The notes under the pieces are model-generated. The model saw nothing but the letters and a program-made list of their open reading frames with translations, was not told the DNA's origin and did no database searches. Made by a program: the position numbers and the translations under genes. A DNA stretch of 62,571 nucleotides, filler included, from Chiloscyllium plagiosum (lineage: Eukaryota): NCBI RefSeq assembly GCF_004010195.1. It is 4 parts of one record of this genome, joined end to end, with 100 filler letters (N's around TTAATTAATTAA, not from the genome) between each part and the next. Parts side by side here need not be neighbours in the genome. Positions count along the whole stretch, not along the records: positions 1 to 27,826 come from NC_057710.1; 3 more parts are not named here. The stretch is one strand, 5' to 3'. Below, in pieces: positions 1 through 11,439 of this stretch. How positions within the stretch are numbered: the stretch's first letter is position 1; each line of letters begins with the position of its first letter.

Positions 1-178
1 TCTGGATTCATTTAAGAAAGAGTTGGATAGAGCTCTCAAGGATGGTGGAATCAAGGGTTATGGAGATAAGGCAGGAACAGGATACTGATTAAGGATGATC
101 AGCCATGATCATATTGAATGGTGGTGCAGGCTTGAAGGGCAGAATGGCCTACTCCTGCACCTATTGTCTATTGTCTAA
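1..178 (+). mobile_element. CR1 LINE 3' end/tail
   Basis: KKELDRAL...GIKGYGDKAG end of ORF2, then a CR1-type 3' UTR ending in a short tandem tail (ctattgtctattgtcta). Confidence 0.8.
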
Positions 179-1309
179 GTTTCCCCAAGTCCCTTTTTGC
201 TGCAGGTTTCTGTAGCTTTCTTTTCCCCATTTATGAATACACTATTCTTTGTTCTCCCTTCCAAAATGAATAACTTTACATTTTCCCACGTTAAACTCTA
301 TTTGCCAACTTTTTCTCCACATATTTAATCCAGCGATATCTCTCTTTGTTGCCCTTTGCTGCCTCTCACAGCTTACTTTTCCACCTATTTTTGTGTTGTC
401 TACAAATTTACCTGCAGGACATTCACTTAATATTTCCAAGTCACCAATATATATTGTAAACAGTTACCGGCCCAGGACTGATCCCTGTGAAACCCCCGCT
501 AGTCATGGGTCACCGATGTGAACAAAGAAAACCTCCTCCGCAGTCACTGGTTCCTGCCCATTAGCCAATTCTCTTTCCATGTCAATGGATTACCTCCAGC
601 ACCATGGGCTCCTATCTTAGTACTTACCCTTTTGCAAGGTTACCTTGTCAAATGCCTTCTGCTAGTCTAAATGCAACACATCTGCTAGCTTTGCTCTATC
701 CACTCTGGCGAAGACTTTTGAGAAAACGTCTACCAAATTAGTCAGATGTGATTTCCCTTTCATGAAGCTATGCTGACTCTGCTTGATTAGTCTTTCCAAA
801 TGTAGTGGTAGTACTTTCTTAATAAATGATTCCAACACTTTTCCAACAGTAAACTTTAGGCTATTCAACCTGCAGGTACCCACTTCTTGCCCCCTGACCT
901 TTTTGAATAGAGTTGTCATTTTGGGCAGTTATCCAAATTCTCTGTCACTTCTCCAGAATCCAAAGATTTTTTTGCAAAGTTACAACCAATGCATTCATTC
1001 ACTCTGTAGCTACTTCTTTGAAGATTCTCAGATACAAGTCACCAGGGCCAAGGGACTAATCTGTCTTTCGCCCTGTTAGTTTGTCTAATACTACTTCGCC
1101 AGTGTTGGTGATGGTACTGAATTATTTTCCTGTATGCTTTAATATTAATGGGATGCTCCACCATAAGGACTGATGCAAAATATCTGTTTAACTCCTCTGC
1201 CACTTTCTTGTTGCCCATAACTATTTCTTTAGATTTATTTTCTATGGGGTTGCTCTCTTCCTTCTTTATATATTTAAAGAAGCTGTTTTTGTCAGTTTTA
1301 TATTCCTCA

Positions 1310-1512
1310 CTGGGAATAGGTTTAGCTCAGTTGGCTGGATCATTGGTTTACAAAACAGTGTGATGCCAGCAGTGTGGGTTAAGTTCCCATCACCAGTTTG
1401 AGGTTACCATGAAGGACTCTCTTTCAACCTCTTCCCTCCCCTGAGGTCTAGTGGCCCTCAGGTTAAATCACCACCAGTCACTTCCCCTGTGGTCTGGGAG
1501 GACTATGGTGAC
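1310..1512 (+). mobile_element. tRNA-derived SINE
   Basis: A-box-like TAGCTCAGTTGG and B-box-like GGTTAAGTTCCC at the 5' end; interrupts the CR1. Confidence 0.6.
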
Positions 1513-1980
1513 ACAACAAATGCTTCTTTGTTCTCATCGTTTATTATCTCACAGTTGGCTTTTGCTGGATTCTGAATTTATCCCAGTCTTTGTGACATCA
1601 CTAGCGTTTGCCTCTTTTTCTGCTTTTTCTTTCAAACTTACACTCTCCTTCACTTCCTTGGTTAGTCTATCCTCTCTTAGAATCTTTCCTTGTTACTGGG
1701 ATATATTTCTGCTGAGAGTCATGAATTATTTCCTTAAATATTTGCCACTGCTTACTTACTGCTGACATAATTTTCCCTCTAATCTTTTTGCCCAGTCCAC
1801 TTCAGCTAACTCTATTCTTAATTCATTGTGATTCTCTTTCTTTAAAGTTAAACACAATTATTTCTGACCAAAGTTTTCCACGCTCAAAATGAGTATTAAA
1901 TTTTATCATAGTTTGTGAGAAGATTTGTAGCTCGGGTGCTCGTTGTTGTGGTTCTGTTTGCCGAGCTGGGAATTTGTGTT

Positions 1981-2020
1981 GCAGACATTTCGTCCCCTGT
2001 CTAGGTGACTTCCTCAGTGC
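1981..2020 (-). ncRNA. Hammerhead motif, inverted copy (family A)
   Basis: Reverse complement gca-CTGAGGA-agtcacctagacaggggac-GAAA-tGTC-tgc; one CpG-type change in stem III. Confidence 0.65.
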
Positions 2021-2466
2021 TTGGGAGCCTCCTGTGAAGCGCTTCTGTGATGTTTCCTCCAGCATTTATAGTGGTTTGAATCTGCTGCTTCGGTTGTCAG
2101 TTCCAGCTGTCCGTTGTTGTGGTCGGTATATTGGGTCCAGGTCGATGTGTTTATTGATTGAATCTGTGGATGAGTGCCATGCCTCTAGGAATTTCCTGGC
2201 TGTTCTCTGTTTGGCTTGTCCTATAATAGTAGTGTTGTCCCAGTCGAACTCATGTTGCTTGTGTGGCTACTAAGTACTTATTACAGCCAGGGAATTCCTA
2301 GAGGCATGGCACTCATCCACAGATTCAATCAATAAGCACATCGACCTGGACCCAATATACCGGCCACTGCAGCGGACAGCTGGAACTGACAACCGGAAGC
2401 GGCAGATACAAATCACTATAAATGCCGGAGGAAACATCACAGAAGCGCTTCACAGGAGGCTCCCAA

Positions 2467-2506
2467 GCACTGAGGATGTCACCGAGACAGGGGACGAAAC
2501 GTCTGC
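2467..2506 (+). ncRNA. Minimal type-I hammerhead ribozyme motif (PLE family A)
   Basis: gca-CTGAGGA-tgtcaccgagacaggggac-GAAA-cGTC-tgc. Core boxes intact, stem I gca/tgc, stem II gtcacc/ggggac, palindromic ACGT stem III. Confidence 0.75.
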
Positions 2507-3756
2507 AACACAAATTCCCAGCTCGGCGAACAGAACCACAACAAATTTAATCATATTATGATTTCTATCCGAGGGGATCTTTCATCAGAAGTCATTTCTT
2601 ATACTTGCCTGATTACCCATTACCAGATCAAGGATAGCCTGTTGCCTGGTTGACTTCATGACATATTGCTCTCGATAACTATAACTAAAGAATTCCATGA
2701 ATTGGTTGTTGTAGCTGCCCTTTCAAACTTGATTAACCTAATCAACATGAAGATAAAAGTTACCCATAATTATTGTTCAATTCTTTTTACATTGATTTGT
2801 TGATTTCCAGCCATTCCCCACAGTGTGGCTACTGGTTGGGAATCTCTACACTACTCCTACCAATGTCATCTTTATCTGCTGTTGCTCACCTCCACCCATG
2901 AGACCATATCCATTCACCTTGATTTGCAATATCAGTCCATCTACCTTGTTCCAAATGCTTCATGCATTAAGATATAAAGGCTTCAGTCTTGCCTTTTTGC
3001 CATTTTCAATCATCCCTAACTTTTTCTTGTACTGTGGCCTTATTTGCCTCTTGCCCTTGATTACTGTTTTGCGTTTTACTGTTCTTTCTTGTATAACTGT
3101 CCTTGTTTCTCTTCCCCTTCTCACCCTAGGTTCCTACCCTCCGGCATTCTAGTTTAAACCCATTCCAACCAGACTAACAAATATCTGCCCAGGGTAACAG
3201 TCTTGGTCCAGTCCAGGGTAACCCCTTCAGTTTTGACTGATCCTATTTCCCTCAGAAGTGGTCCTAATATCCTAGGAAATGGAACCCCTCGCCCACACAC
3301 CATTTTTCCAGCCACATATTCATCCTGAGACCACGACCTTTGAGGTGCTACATTTCAACTTACTTCCTAGCTCTCTGTTTTTGGCTTTTAGGACCTCATA
3401 ACTTTTTTCTTTTCACCTACTTCCTTTGTGCCAATGTGTATCAGAATGGCTAGCTGGTTTCTGCCCCCTTCCAGAATGTCCAGCAGTCACTCTCGGATAT
3501 CTTCGACCCTAGCACTAAGGAAGAAACATACCATGCTGGAGTCTCATTTATGGCCACAATACTGCCTGTCTATTCCCTTTACAATTGAATCTGCTATAGC
3601 TCTTGCATTTCCCCACTTTCTCCTCCTCTCCCATACAGCAGAGCCAACTGTGGTGCAATGCATTTGATAGTTTTGGTTTCCCCTGAGAGGTCATCTTCCC
3701 CAACAGTATCCAAATCTGTTTTCAAGGGAAGAGCCACAGGCAGTTCCTGCCTAGTC

Positions 3757-6700
3757 ACAGAGTCAAAGAGTCATAGAGATGTACAGCACGGAAACAGACC
3801 CTTCAGTCCAACCCGTCCATGCTGACCAGATATGCCAACCTAATCTAGTCCCGTTTGCCAGCACCAGGCCCATATCCCGCCAAACCCTTCCTATTTATAT
3901 ACCCATTCAGATGTTTTTCAAACGTTGCTATTGAACCAGCCTCCACCCCTTCCTCTGACAGCTCATTCCATACACGTACCACCCTCTGCGTGAAAAAGTT
4001 GCCACTTGGGTCTCTTTTATATCTTTCCCCTCTCACCCCAAACCTATGCCCTCTAGTTCTGGACACCCCCACCCAAGGGAAAAGATTTTGTCTATTTATC
4101 CTATCCATGCCCCTCATGATTTTATAAGCCTCTATAAAGTCACCCCTCAGTCCCTGACACTCCAGGGAAAACAGCCCCAGCCTGTTCAGCCTCTCCCTGT
4201 AGCTCAGATCCTCCAACCCTGGCAACATCCTTGTAAATCTTTTCTGAACCCTTTCAAGTTTCATATCGGAGGAGACCAGAATTGCATGCAATATTGCAAA
4301 AGTGGCCTAACCAACATCCTGTACAGCCGCAACACGACCTCCCAACTCCTGTACTCAATACTCTGACCAATAAAGGAAAGCATACCAAATGCCTTCTTCA
4401 CTATCCTATCTACCTGTGACTCCACTTTTAAGGAGCTATGAACCTGCACTCCAAGGTCTCTTTGTTCAGCAACACTCCCTTGGACATTACCATTAAGCGT
4501 ATAAGTCCTGCTAAGATTTGCTTTCCCAAAACGCAATTATCTACGTTAAACTCCATCTGCCACTTCTCAGCCCATTAGCCCATCTGGTCCAGATCCCATT
4601 GTAATCTGAGGTAACCTTCTTCATTGTCCACTCCACCTCCAAGTTTGGTGACATCTGCGAACTTACTAACTATACCGCCTATGCTCTATCCAAATCATTT
4701 ATATAAATGATGAAAAGTAGTGGACCCAGCACCGATCCTTGTGGCACTCCACTGGTCACAGGCCTCCAGTCTGAAAAACAACCTCCACCACCACCCTCTG
4801 TCTCCTACCTTTGAGCCAGTTCTGTATCCAAATGGCTAGTTCTCCCTGTATTCCGTGAGATCTAACCTTACTAATCAGTCTCCCATGGGGAACCTTGTCA
4901 AACGCCTTACTGAAGTCCATATAGATCACATCTACTGCTCTGCCCTCATCAATCCTCTTTGTTACTTCTTCAAAAAACTCAATCAATTTCGTGAGACATG
5001 ATTTCCCACCCACAAAATCATGTTGACTATCCCTAATCAGTCCTTGCCTTTCCAAATACGTGTAAATCCTTTCCCTCAGGATTCCCTCCAACAACTTTCC
5101 CACCACTGACATCAGGCTCACTGGTCTATGGTTCCCTGCCTTGTCCTCATCACAGTGGCACCACATTTGCCAACTTCCAGTTTTCCAACACCTCACCTGT
5201 GACTATCGATGATACAAATATCTCAGCATGGGGCCCAGCAATCATTTCTCTAGCTTCCCACAGAGTTCTAGGGTACACCTGATCAGGTCCTGGGGATTTA
5301 TCTACTTTTATGCATTTCAAGACATCCAGCACCTCCTCCTCTGTAATATGGTCATTTTTCAAGATGTCACCATCTATTTCCCTACATTCTATATCTTCCA
5401 TATCCTTCTCCACAGTAAATACTGATGCAAAATACTCATTTAGTATCTCTTCCGTCTCCTGTAACTCCACACAAAGGCTGCCTTACTGATCAATGAGGGG
5501 CCCTATTCTCTCCCAATTACCCTTTTGTCCTTAATCTATTTGTAAAAACCTTTTTGATTCTCCTCAACCCTATTTGCCAAAGCTATCTCATGTCCCCGCT
5601 TTGCCCTCCTGATCTCCCTCTTACATATACACCTGCTGCCTTTATACCCTTCTAAGGATTCACTCGATCTATCCTGTCCATACCTGACATATGCTTCCTT
5701 CTTTTTCTTAACCAAACCCTCAATTTCTCCAGTTGTCCAGAATTCCCTATACCTACCAGCCTTCCCTTTCACCCTGACAGGAATATACTTTCTCTGGATT
5801 CTCAATATCTCATTTCTGAAGGCTTCCCATTTTCCAGCTGTCCCTTTCCCTGCGAACATCTGCCTCCAATCAGCTTTCGAAAGTTCTTGCCTAATACCGT
5901 CAAAATTGGCCTTTCTCCAATTTAGAACTTCAACTGTTAGATCTGCTCTATCCTTAATCCTCCCTAAGTATAACTGTTATGCTATATCTTATCAAAAACA
6001 CCACTCCCCCTCCTCTCTTGCCTCCCTTTCTATCCTTCCTGTAGCATTTGTATCCTGGAACATTAAGCTGCCAGTCCTGCCCATCCCTGAGCCATGTCTC
6101 TGTAACTGTTATGATATCCCAGTCCCATGTTCCTAACCATGCCCTGAGTTCACTTGCCTTCCCTGTTAGGCTTCTTGCGTTAAAGTAAATGCAGTTTAAT
6201 TTATTAGTCCTACCTTGTTCTCTGCTTTGTCCCTGCCTGCCCTGACTATTTTACTCACTTTTTTTCCCAACTGTACAAGACTCAGATTGATCTCTTTCCT
6301 CACTATTTCCCTGGGTCCCCCCCCCACCTTATTAGTTTAAATCCTCCTGAGCAGCTCTAGCGAATCTCCCTGCCAGTATATTAGAGCCCTTCCAATTCAG
6401 GTGCAATCCGTCCTTCTTGTACAGGTCACTTCTCCCCCAGAAGAGATTCCAATGATCCAAAAATGTGAATCCTTCTCCCATACACCAGCTCCTCGGTGAT
6501 GTACTCATCTGCTCTATCCTCCTATTCCTGCCCTCACTAGCTTGTAGCACTGGGAGTAATCCAGACATTACTAGTCTGGAGGACCTCCTATTTAAATTTC
6601 TGCCTAACTTTCTATATTCTCCCTTCAAAATCTCATCCTTTTCACTTCCTACATCATTGGTTCCAATATGTACAATGACCTCCTGCTGGCTCCTCTCCCC

Positions 6701-8147
6701 TTTGAGGACACTCTGCACTCTTTCTGAGACATCCTTGATCCTGGCACCGGGAAGACAACACACCATTCTGATTTTTTGCTGCTGGTCACAGAAACATCTG
6801 TCTGTGCCTCGGACTAGAGAGTCCCCTAACACAATTGATCTCTTGGAACCCGACGTACCCTTCATTTTTTTAGTGCCAGTTTCAATACCGTGCTACATTC
6901 TCCTAAGAATCCATCACCCCCTACATTTTCCAAAACAGCACACTTGTTTGAAATGGGGATAGTCTGCTTTGTCCCTGCCTGCCCTGACTATTTTACTCAC
7001 TTTTTTTCCCAACTGTACAAGACTCAGATTGATCTCTTTCCTCACTATTTCCCTGGGTCCCCCCCCCACCTTATTAGTTTAAATCCTCCTGAGCAGCTCT
7101 AGCAAATCTCCCTGCCAGTATAATAGAGCCCTTCCAATTCAGGTGCAATCCGTCCTTCTTGTACAGGTCACTTCTCCCCCAGAAGAGATTCCAATGATCC
7201 AAAAATGTGAATCCTTCTCCCATACATCAGCTCCACGGTGATGTACTCATCTGCTCTATCCTCCTATTCCTGCCCTCACTAGCTTGTAGCACTGGGAGTA
7301 ATCCAGACATTACTAGTCTCGAGGACCTCCTTTTTAAATTTCTGCCTAACTTTCTATATTCTCCCTTCACTATCTCATCCTTTTCCCTTCCTACATCATT
7401 GGTTCCAATGTGTACAATGACCTCCTGATGGCTCCTCTTCCCTTTGAGGACACTCTGCACCCTTTCTGAGACATCCTTGATCCTGGCACCGGGAAGGCAA
7501 CACACCATTCTGATTTTTTGCTGCTGGTCACAGAAACATCTGTCTGTGCCTCGGACTAGAGAGTCCCCTAACACAATTGATCTCTTGGAACCCGACGTAC
7601 CCTTCATTTTTTTAGTGCCAGTTTCAATACCGTGCTACATTCTCCTAAGAATCCATCACCCCCTACATTTTCCAAAACAGCACACTTGTTTGAAATGGGG
7701 ATAACCACAGAAGACACCTGCACTACCTGCCTACCTCTCCTACCATCTATGTGACTGTATCTACAGCTTTTCTTCCTTCCTATAACTTCCATCCATCACA
7801 CCCCCTTGCTCTTGTAAATTCCTCACTGCCTCTAACTGTCGCTCCAACTGATCCATTCGATCTGATAGGATTCACAACCGATGGCATTTTTTGTAGGTAT
7901 AATCCTCAGTAACCTTTAAACTCTTCCAAAACTCCCACATCCAATAAGAAGAGCATATTACTCTGCTAAAAGCCATTTTTGCTTCTTCCAACCTACAGAC
8001 CCAGAAAATAGCACTGTCTTATTTCTCTACAACACACTGCTCCAGGCTAATTTAATACTTATGACTTAAGAGACATATCTCAATAAAACATATAATCAAG
8101 AAAGAACCCACTCTACTCACTGTTGTAGATTTACAGCAAGCTATACT
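3757..8147 (-). mobile_element. Younger CR1 (HER1-like) LINE with ORF1 SGNH esterase and ORF2 RT; most of the endonuclease is missing
   Basis: ORF2 pieces (KSPGPDQVYPRTL, VDVIYMDFSKAFDKVPH, LERVQKRFTRMLPG), ORF1 esterase (IVLGDSLVRG...HIGTND...DGLHLN), and a (ctatgact)-like tail at about 3757-3780. Confidence 0.92.
6221..7704. repeat. 742-bp direct tandem duplication covering the CR1 ORF1 esterase
   Basis: tctgctttgtccctgcc recurs at 6221 and 6963; the ORFs ending at 6865 and 7607 are near-identical. Confidence 0.92.
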
Positions 8148-8149
8148 TA

Positions 8150-8360
8150 AAAGAATTCTGGCCCCTCCTTCCCTTTATGCTTATGGTGTGTGAGCCTGCA
8201 GTGTGAACAACTCTCTGTAGGTGCTATCCATGATTCTCTCAGGTTTGCAGGGGTGCTCCACAGTGTCCCTAGCCACAGCTTCAGTTCTGAAAACTGAGAT
8301 TCCAGGAGCTGTAGCTGGAGACATTTCCTGCACACATGCTCAACCCGGCCACTGGAAATG
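8150..8360 (-). mobile_element. CR1 ORF1 N-terminal (Cys-rich/leucine zipper) fragment
   Basis: HVCRKCLQLQLLESQFSELKLWLGTLW, typical of the N-terminus of esterase-type CR1 ORF1. Confidence 0.65.
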
Positions 8361-9055
8361 TGGAGAAAAAGGAGCAGGTATACCTGCATTTGTGAAAACC
8401 AACCTAAAGAAACTGTGCACTTACTTAAATCACTCATGTACGGTGGAAAAAAGTTGGAAGTCAGTCGATTCAGATCCAAGTTCAAATGGTTAGCATGAAT
8501 AAACCTCACTGATAATTCATTTTAATTTCAATACATATTCTGACTTTGAAATTCAGGTTTTTCATTTCTGCATACTCCCAACTAACTGATCCAATCTGAT
8601 CCAATCTTAGACTGAAGAGCTGCTATGGAACCATGCCTGTGTCTAACGCTGGCATGTTTCGAGCTTGTACCTTGGATCTTCGGATAAAATGGAGGAGTTA
8701 TGTGACTCCTTCTGAATTCTGCTAACAATAAACTTGGCGGATTTGGCTGTTGAGTGACAATTGTGGGTCAAGTTTCTTCTTTTAAAGTAGAAAAAGTCAT
8801 TATTTGCTGGGAAGACTGGGGAAGATATTTTTACCGCTCAGTAATGACCTGAGCAGCTGTGCTAGAAAGGCAGCAATAGTCTCAGGGATGGATTTAGGAA
8901 TGTCGGGTTTTATAATTCGTTCTACTTTAAATTGCTTATTTAATTCATATTGACCTGAAGATCGGCTTTGAAAGAGGAAGAGTCCATAAGAAGCCACTGT
9001 AGGTTCATGATGTAGGTTTCGCTGAATGTCACTGATTTCCACAGAGAAAATCAAT

Positions 9056-10149
9056 CTGATTTTCAGTAAGGCGTTCAACAAGGTTCCCCATGGGAGACTG
9101 GTTAGCAAGGGTGAATCTCATGGAATACAGGGAGAACTAGTCAATTGGATCCAGAACTGGCTCAAAGGTAGAAGACAGAGGGTGGTGGTGGAGGGTTGTT
9201 TTTCAGACTGGAGGCCTGTGACCAGTGGAGTCGGTGCTGGGTCCTCTACTTGTTGTCATTTATATAAATGATTTGGATGCGAGCATAAGAGGTACAGTTA
9301 GTAAGTTTGCAGCTGACACCAAAATTGGAGGTGTAGTGGACAGTGAGGAAGGTACCCTCAGATTACAATGTGATCTTCGCCAGATGGGCCAACGGCAGAT
9401 GGAGTTTAATTTAGATAAATGCAAGGTGCTGCATTTTGGGAAAGCCAATCTTAGCAGGATTTATACACTTCATGGTAAGGTCCTAGGGAGTGTTGCTGAA
9501 CAAAGAGACCTTGGAGTGCAGGTTCATAGCTCCTTGAAAGTGGAGTCGCAGGTAGATAGGATAGTGAAGAAGGCGTTTGGTATGCTTTCCTTCATTGGTC
9601 AGAAGGAATTTGTTGCAATTGTACCAGCCTCCACCACTTCCTATGGCAGCTCATTCCATACCCGTACCACCCTCTGTGTGAAAACATTGCCACTTAGGTC
9701 TCTTTTATATCTTTCCCCTCTCACCCTAAACCTATGCCCTCTAGTCTGGAGTCCCCGACCCCAGGGAAAAGACTTTGCCCATTTACCCTATCCATGCCCC
9801 TCATAATTTTGTAAACCTCTATACGGTCACCCCTCAGCCTCCGACACTCCAGGGAAAACAGCCCCAGCCTGTTCAGCCTCTCCCTGTAGCTCATATCCTC
9901 CAACCCTGGCAACATCCTTGTAAATCTTTTCTGAACCCTTTCAAGTTTCACAACATCTTTCCGGTAGGAAGGAGACCAGAATTGCACACAATATTCCAAC
10001 AGTGGCCTAACCAATGTCCTGTACAGCTGCAACATGACCTCCCAATTCCTTTACTCAATACTCTGACCAATAAAGGAAAGCATACCAAACGCCTTCTTCA
10101 CTTTCCTATCTACCTGCGACTCCACTTTCAAGGAGCTATGAACCTGCAC
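9056..10149. mobile_element. CR1 RT fragment (+, 9056-9603) joined to an inverted CR1 3' fragment (-, about 9610-10149)
   Basis: FSKAFNKVPHGRL...YINDLD...FAADTK on +; LLEYCVQFWSP...LERVQKRFTRMLPG on -. Confidence 0.88.
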
Positions 10150-10326
10150 AGTAATCCAGGTTGTTCTATACTTTGAATCAGTTGTGTGACACTTTGATCT
10201 TTTACTATAAATTCTGTGTCCTATGATCCTGCTCCACAACCACCTGATGAAGGAGCAGTGTTCCATAAGCTATGCTTCCTAATAAACCTGTTGGACTATA
10301 ACCTGGTGTTGTGTGATTTTTAACTG
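10150..10326 (+). mobile_element. PLE terminal repeat fragment (family B) with degenerate hammerhead
   Basis: cac-CTGATGA-aggagcagtgttcc-ATAA-gcta, where the GAAA box is mutated, followed by aataaacctgttggactataacctgg shared with the copies at 22.4, 26.5, 28.4 and 45.6 kb. Confidence 0.75.
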
Positions 10327-10849
10327 AACCTTGGGAGTTTTTGTAAATTATAACTAATGAATCTGCAATTTACTCACTTATTCCTGCTGTGTTAAAACTA
10401 CTAGGTCGTTGAGATTATCTATGTTAAGTTCCACCATGTTCTCCTTTGCTATATTTAAACCTGTATGAAATGTAGCATAAAATTTCTCTACTTGAGTCTT
10501 TAGGTTTTGATTTACCATTGCTAGTTTGTCCTTTTTCTCTGCTATGAAATACAAAACATCTATTTATCATTCATCTACCATATCGTTCACTATTCTCTCA
10601 GCTCCATCCATTTGATTGGAGCCAATTTATCACGCAGTTTCTCTTAATATGTTTGTGAAATCTTTTGCTCTTTGCTTTTCTGTAGTCTGGGGTTACAGAT
10701 TTTATGATGACAGGCGTGCCATCTCCAACTACCCCAAAATATAATCAAGCAATTTAAAGCTATGCATTTACCTAATAAGTGACTGGTAAATTTTATTCTA
10801 GATGTTAAGAAAATGAGCTATAATGAATAATTATAAGATAGAGAGCTAT

Positions 10850-11160
10850 ATGATTACATAGATAGTGAGACTGAATTCAATAAAAATCTGGAATAACAAA
10901 AAGCTAATCTCTAATGGCAACCAAGAAACTATTGTCAACTCTCATAAAAACACATCTAGCTTATTTATCCCTTGAAGAGAGGAAATCAGCCACCCTCACC
11001 TAGACTGGCCTACATATGACCAAAGACCACAGCAATGTGATTGACTGAACCACCCTCTGAAAAGGCATAGCAAGCCATTCGGTTCAAAGGCGTTAAAGAT
11101 GGACAATAAATACTGACCCAGCCAATGATACCTCCATTCCGTGAACAACATTTTTAAAAA
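10850..11160 (+). mobile_element. Old SINE with LINE-derived 3' tail
   Basis: The tail (gatggacaataaatactgacccagccaatgatacctccattccgtgaac..aaaaa) resembles the minus-strand fragment at about 52215-52290. Confidence 0.5.
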
Positions 11161-11300
11161 TGATTTAACTCTGGAAATCATATCCATGCTTTTATCGTAT
11201 GGTAGAGAAATTAGGGCAAAAAAGATAATTCCAAAAGTGTTGGAACTCCCTTGGCTAGGAGATCGATAACTTCTTCACAAAACTTTCCTCAATGTATCAT

Positions 11301-11439
11301 AACAAAAACCGAAAGAACTGCAGATGTCATAAGTCAGAAATAAAACCCAGAAATTGCTGGAAAAGCTCAGCAGATCTGGCAGCATCTATCGAGAGAAATC
11401 AAAGTTAACGTTTTGGGTCCGTGACCCTTCCTCAGAATA
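11301..11439 (-). mobile_element. Short (139 bp) PLE-derived element with 15-bp TSD, starting at a hammerhead
   Basis: TSD tcctcaatgtatcat at 11286-11300 and 11440-11454. The minus strand starts tt-CTGAGGA-agggtcacggaccc-AAAA-cgttaa, with GAAA mutated. Confidence 0.8.

Larger units (their letters stand above)
1911..2542. mobile_element. Penelope-like element: two 3' ends in inverted orientation with TSD
   Basis: 1911-2271 (minus) encodes the GIY-YIG C-terminus (HEFDWDNTTIIGQAKQRTARKFLEAWHSS); about 2283-2542 is its reverse complement. Flanked by aaatttt/taatcata at 1898-1910 and 2543-2555. Confidence 0.85.
180..3750 (-). mobile_element. Old, decayed near-full-length CR1 LINE, interrupted by a SINE and a PLE insertion
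   Basis: Minus-strand ORF remnants with RT motifs (KFVDNTKIGG, QHSFMKGKSHLTNL, FNVGKCKVIHFG) and degenerate ORF1-esterase-like sequence at about 3140-3750. Confidence 0.75.
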
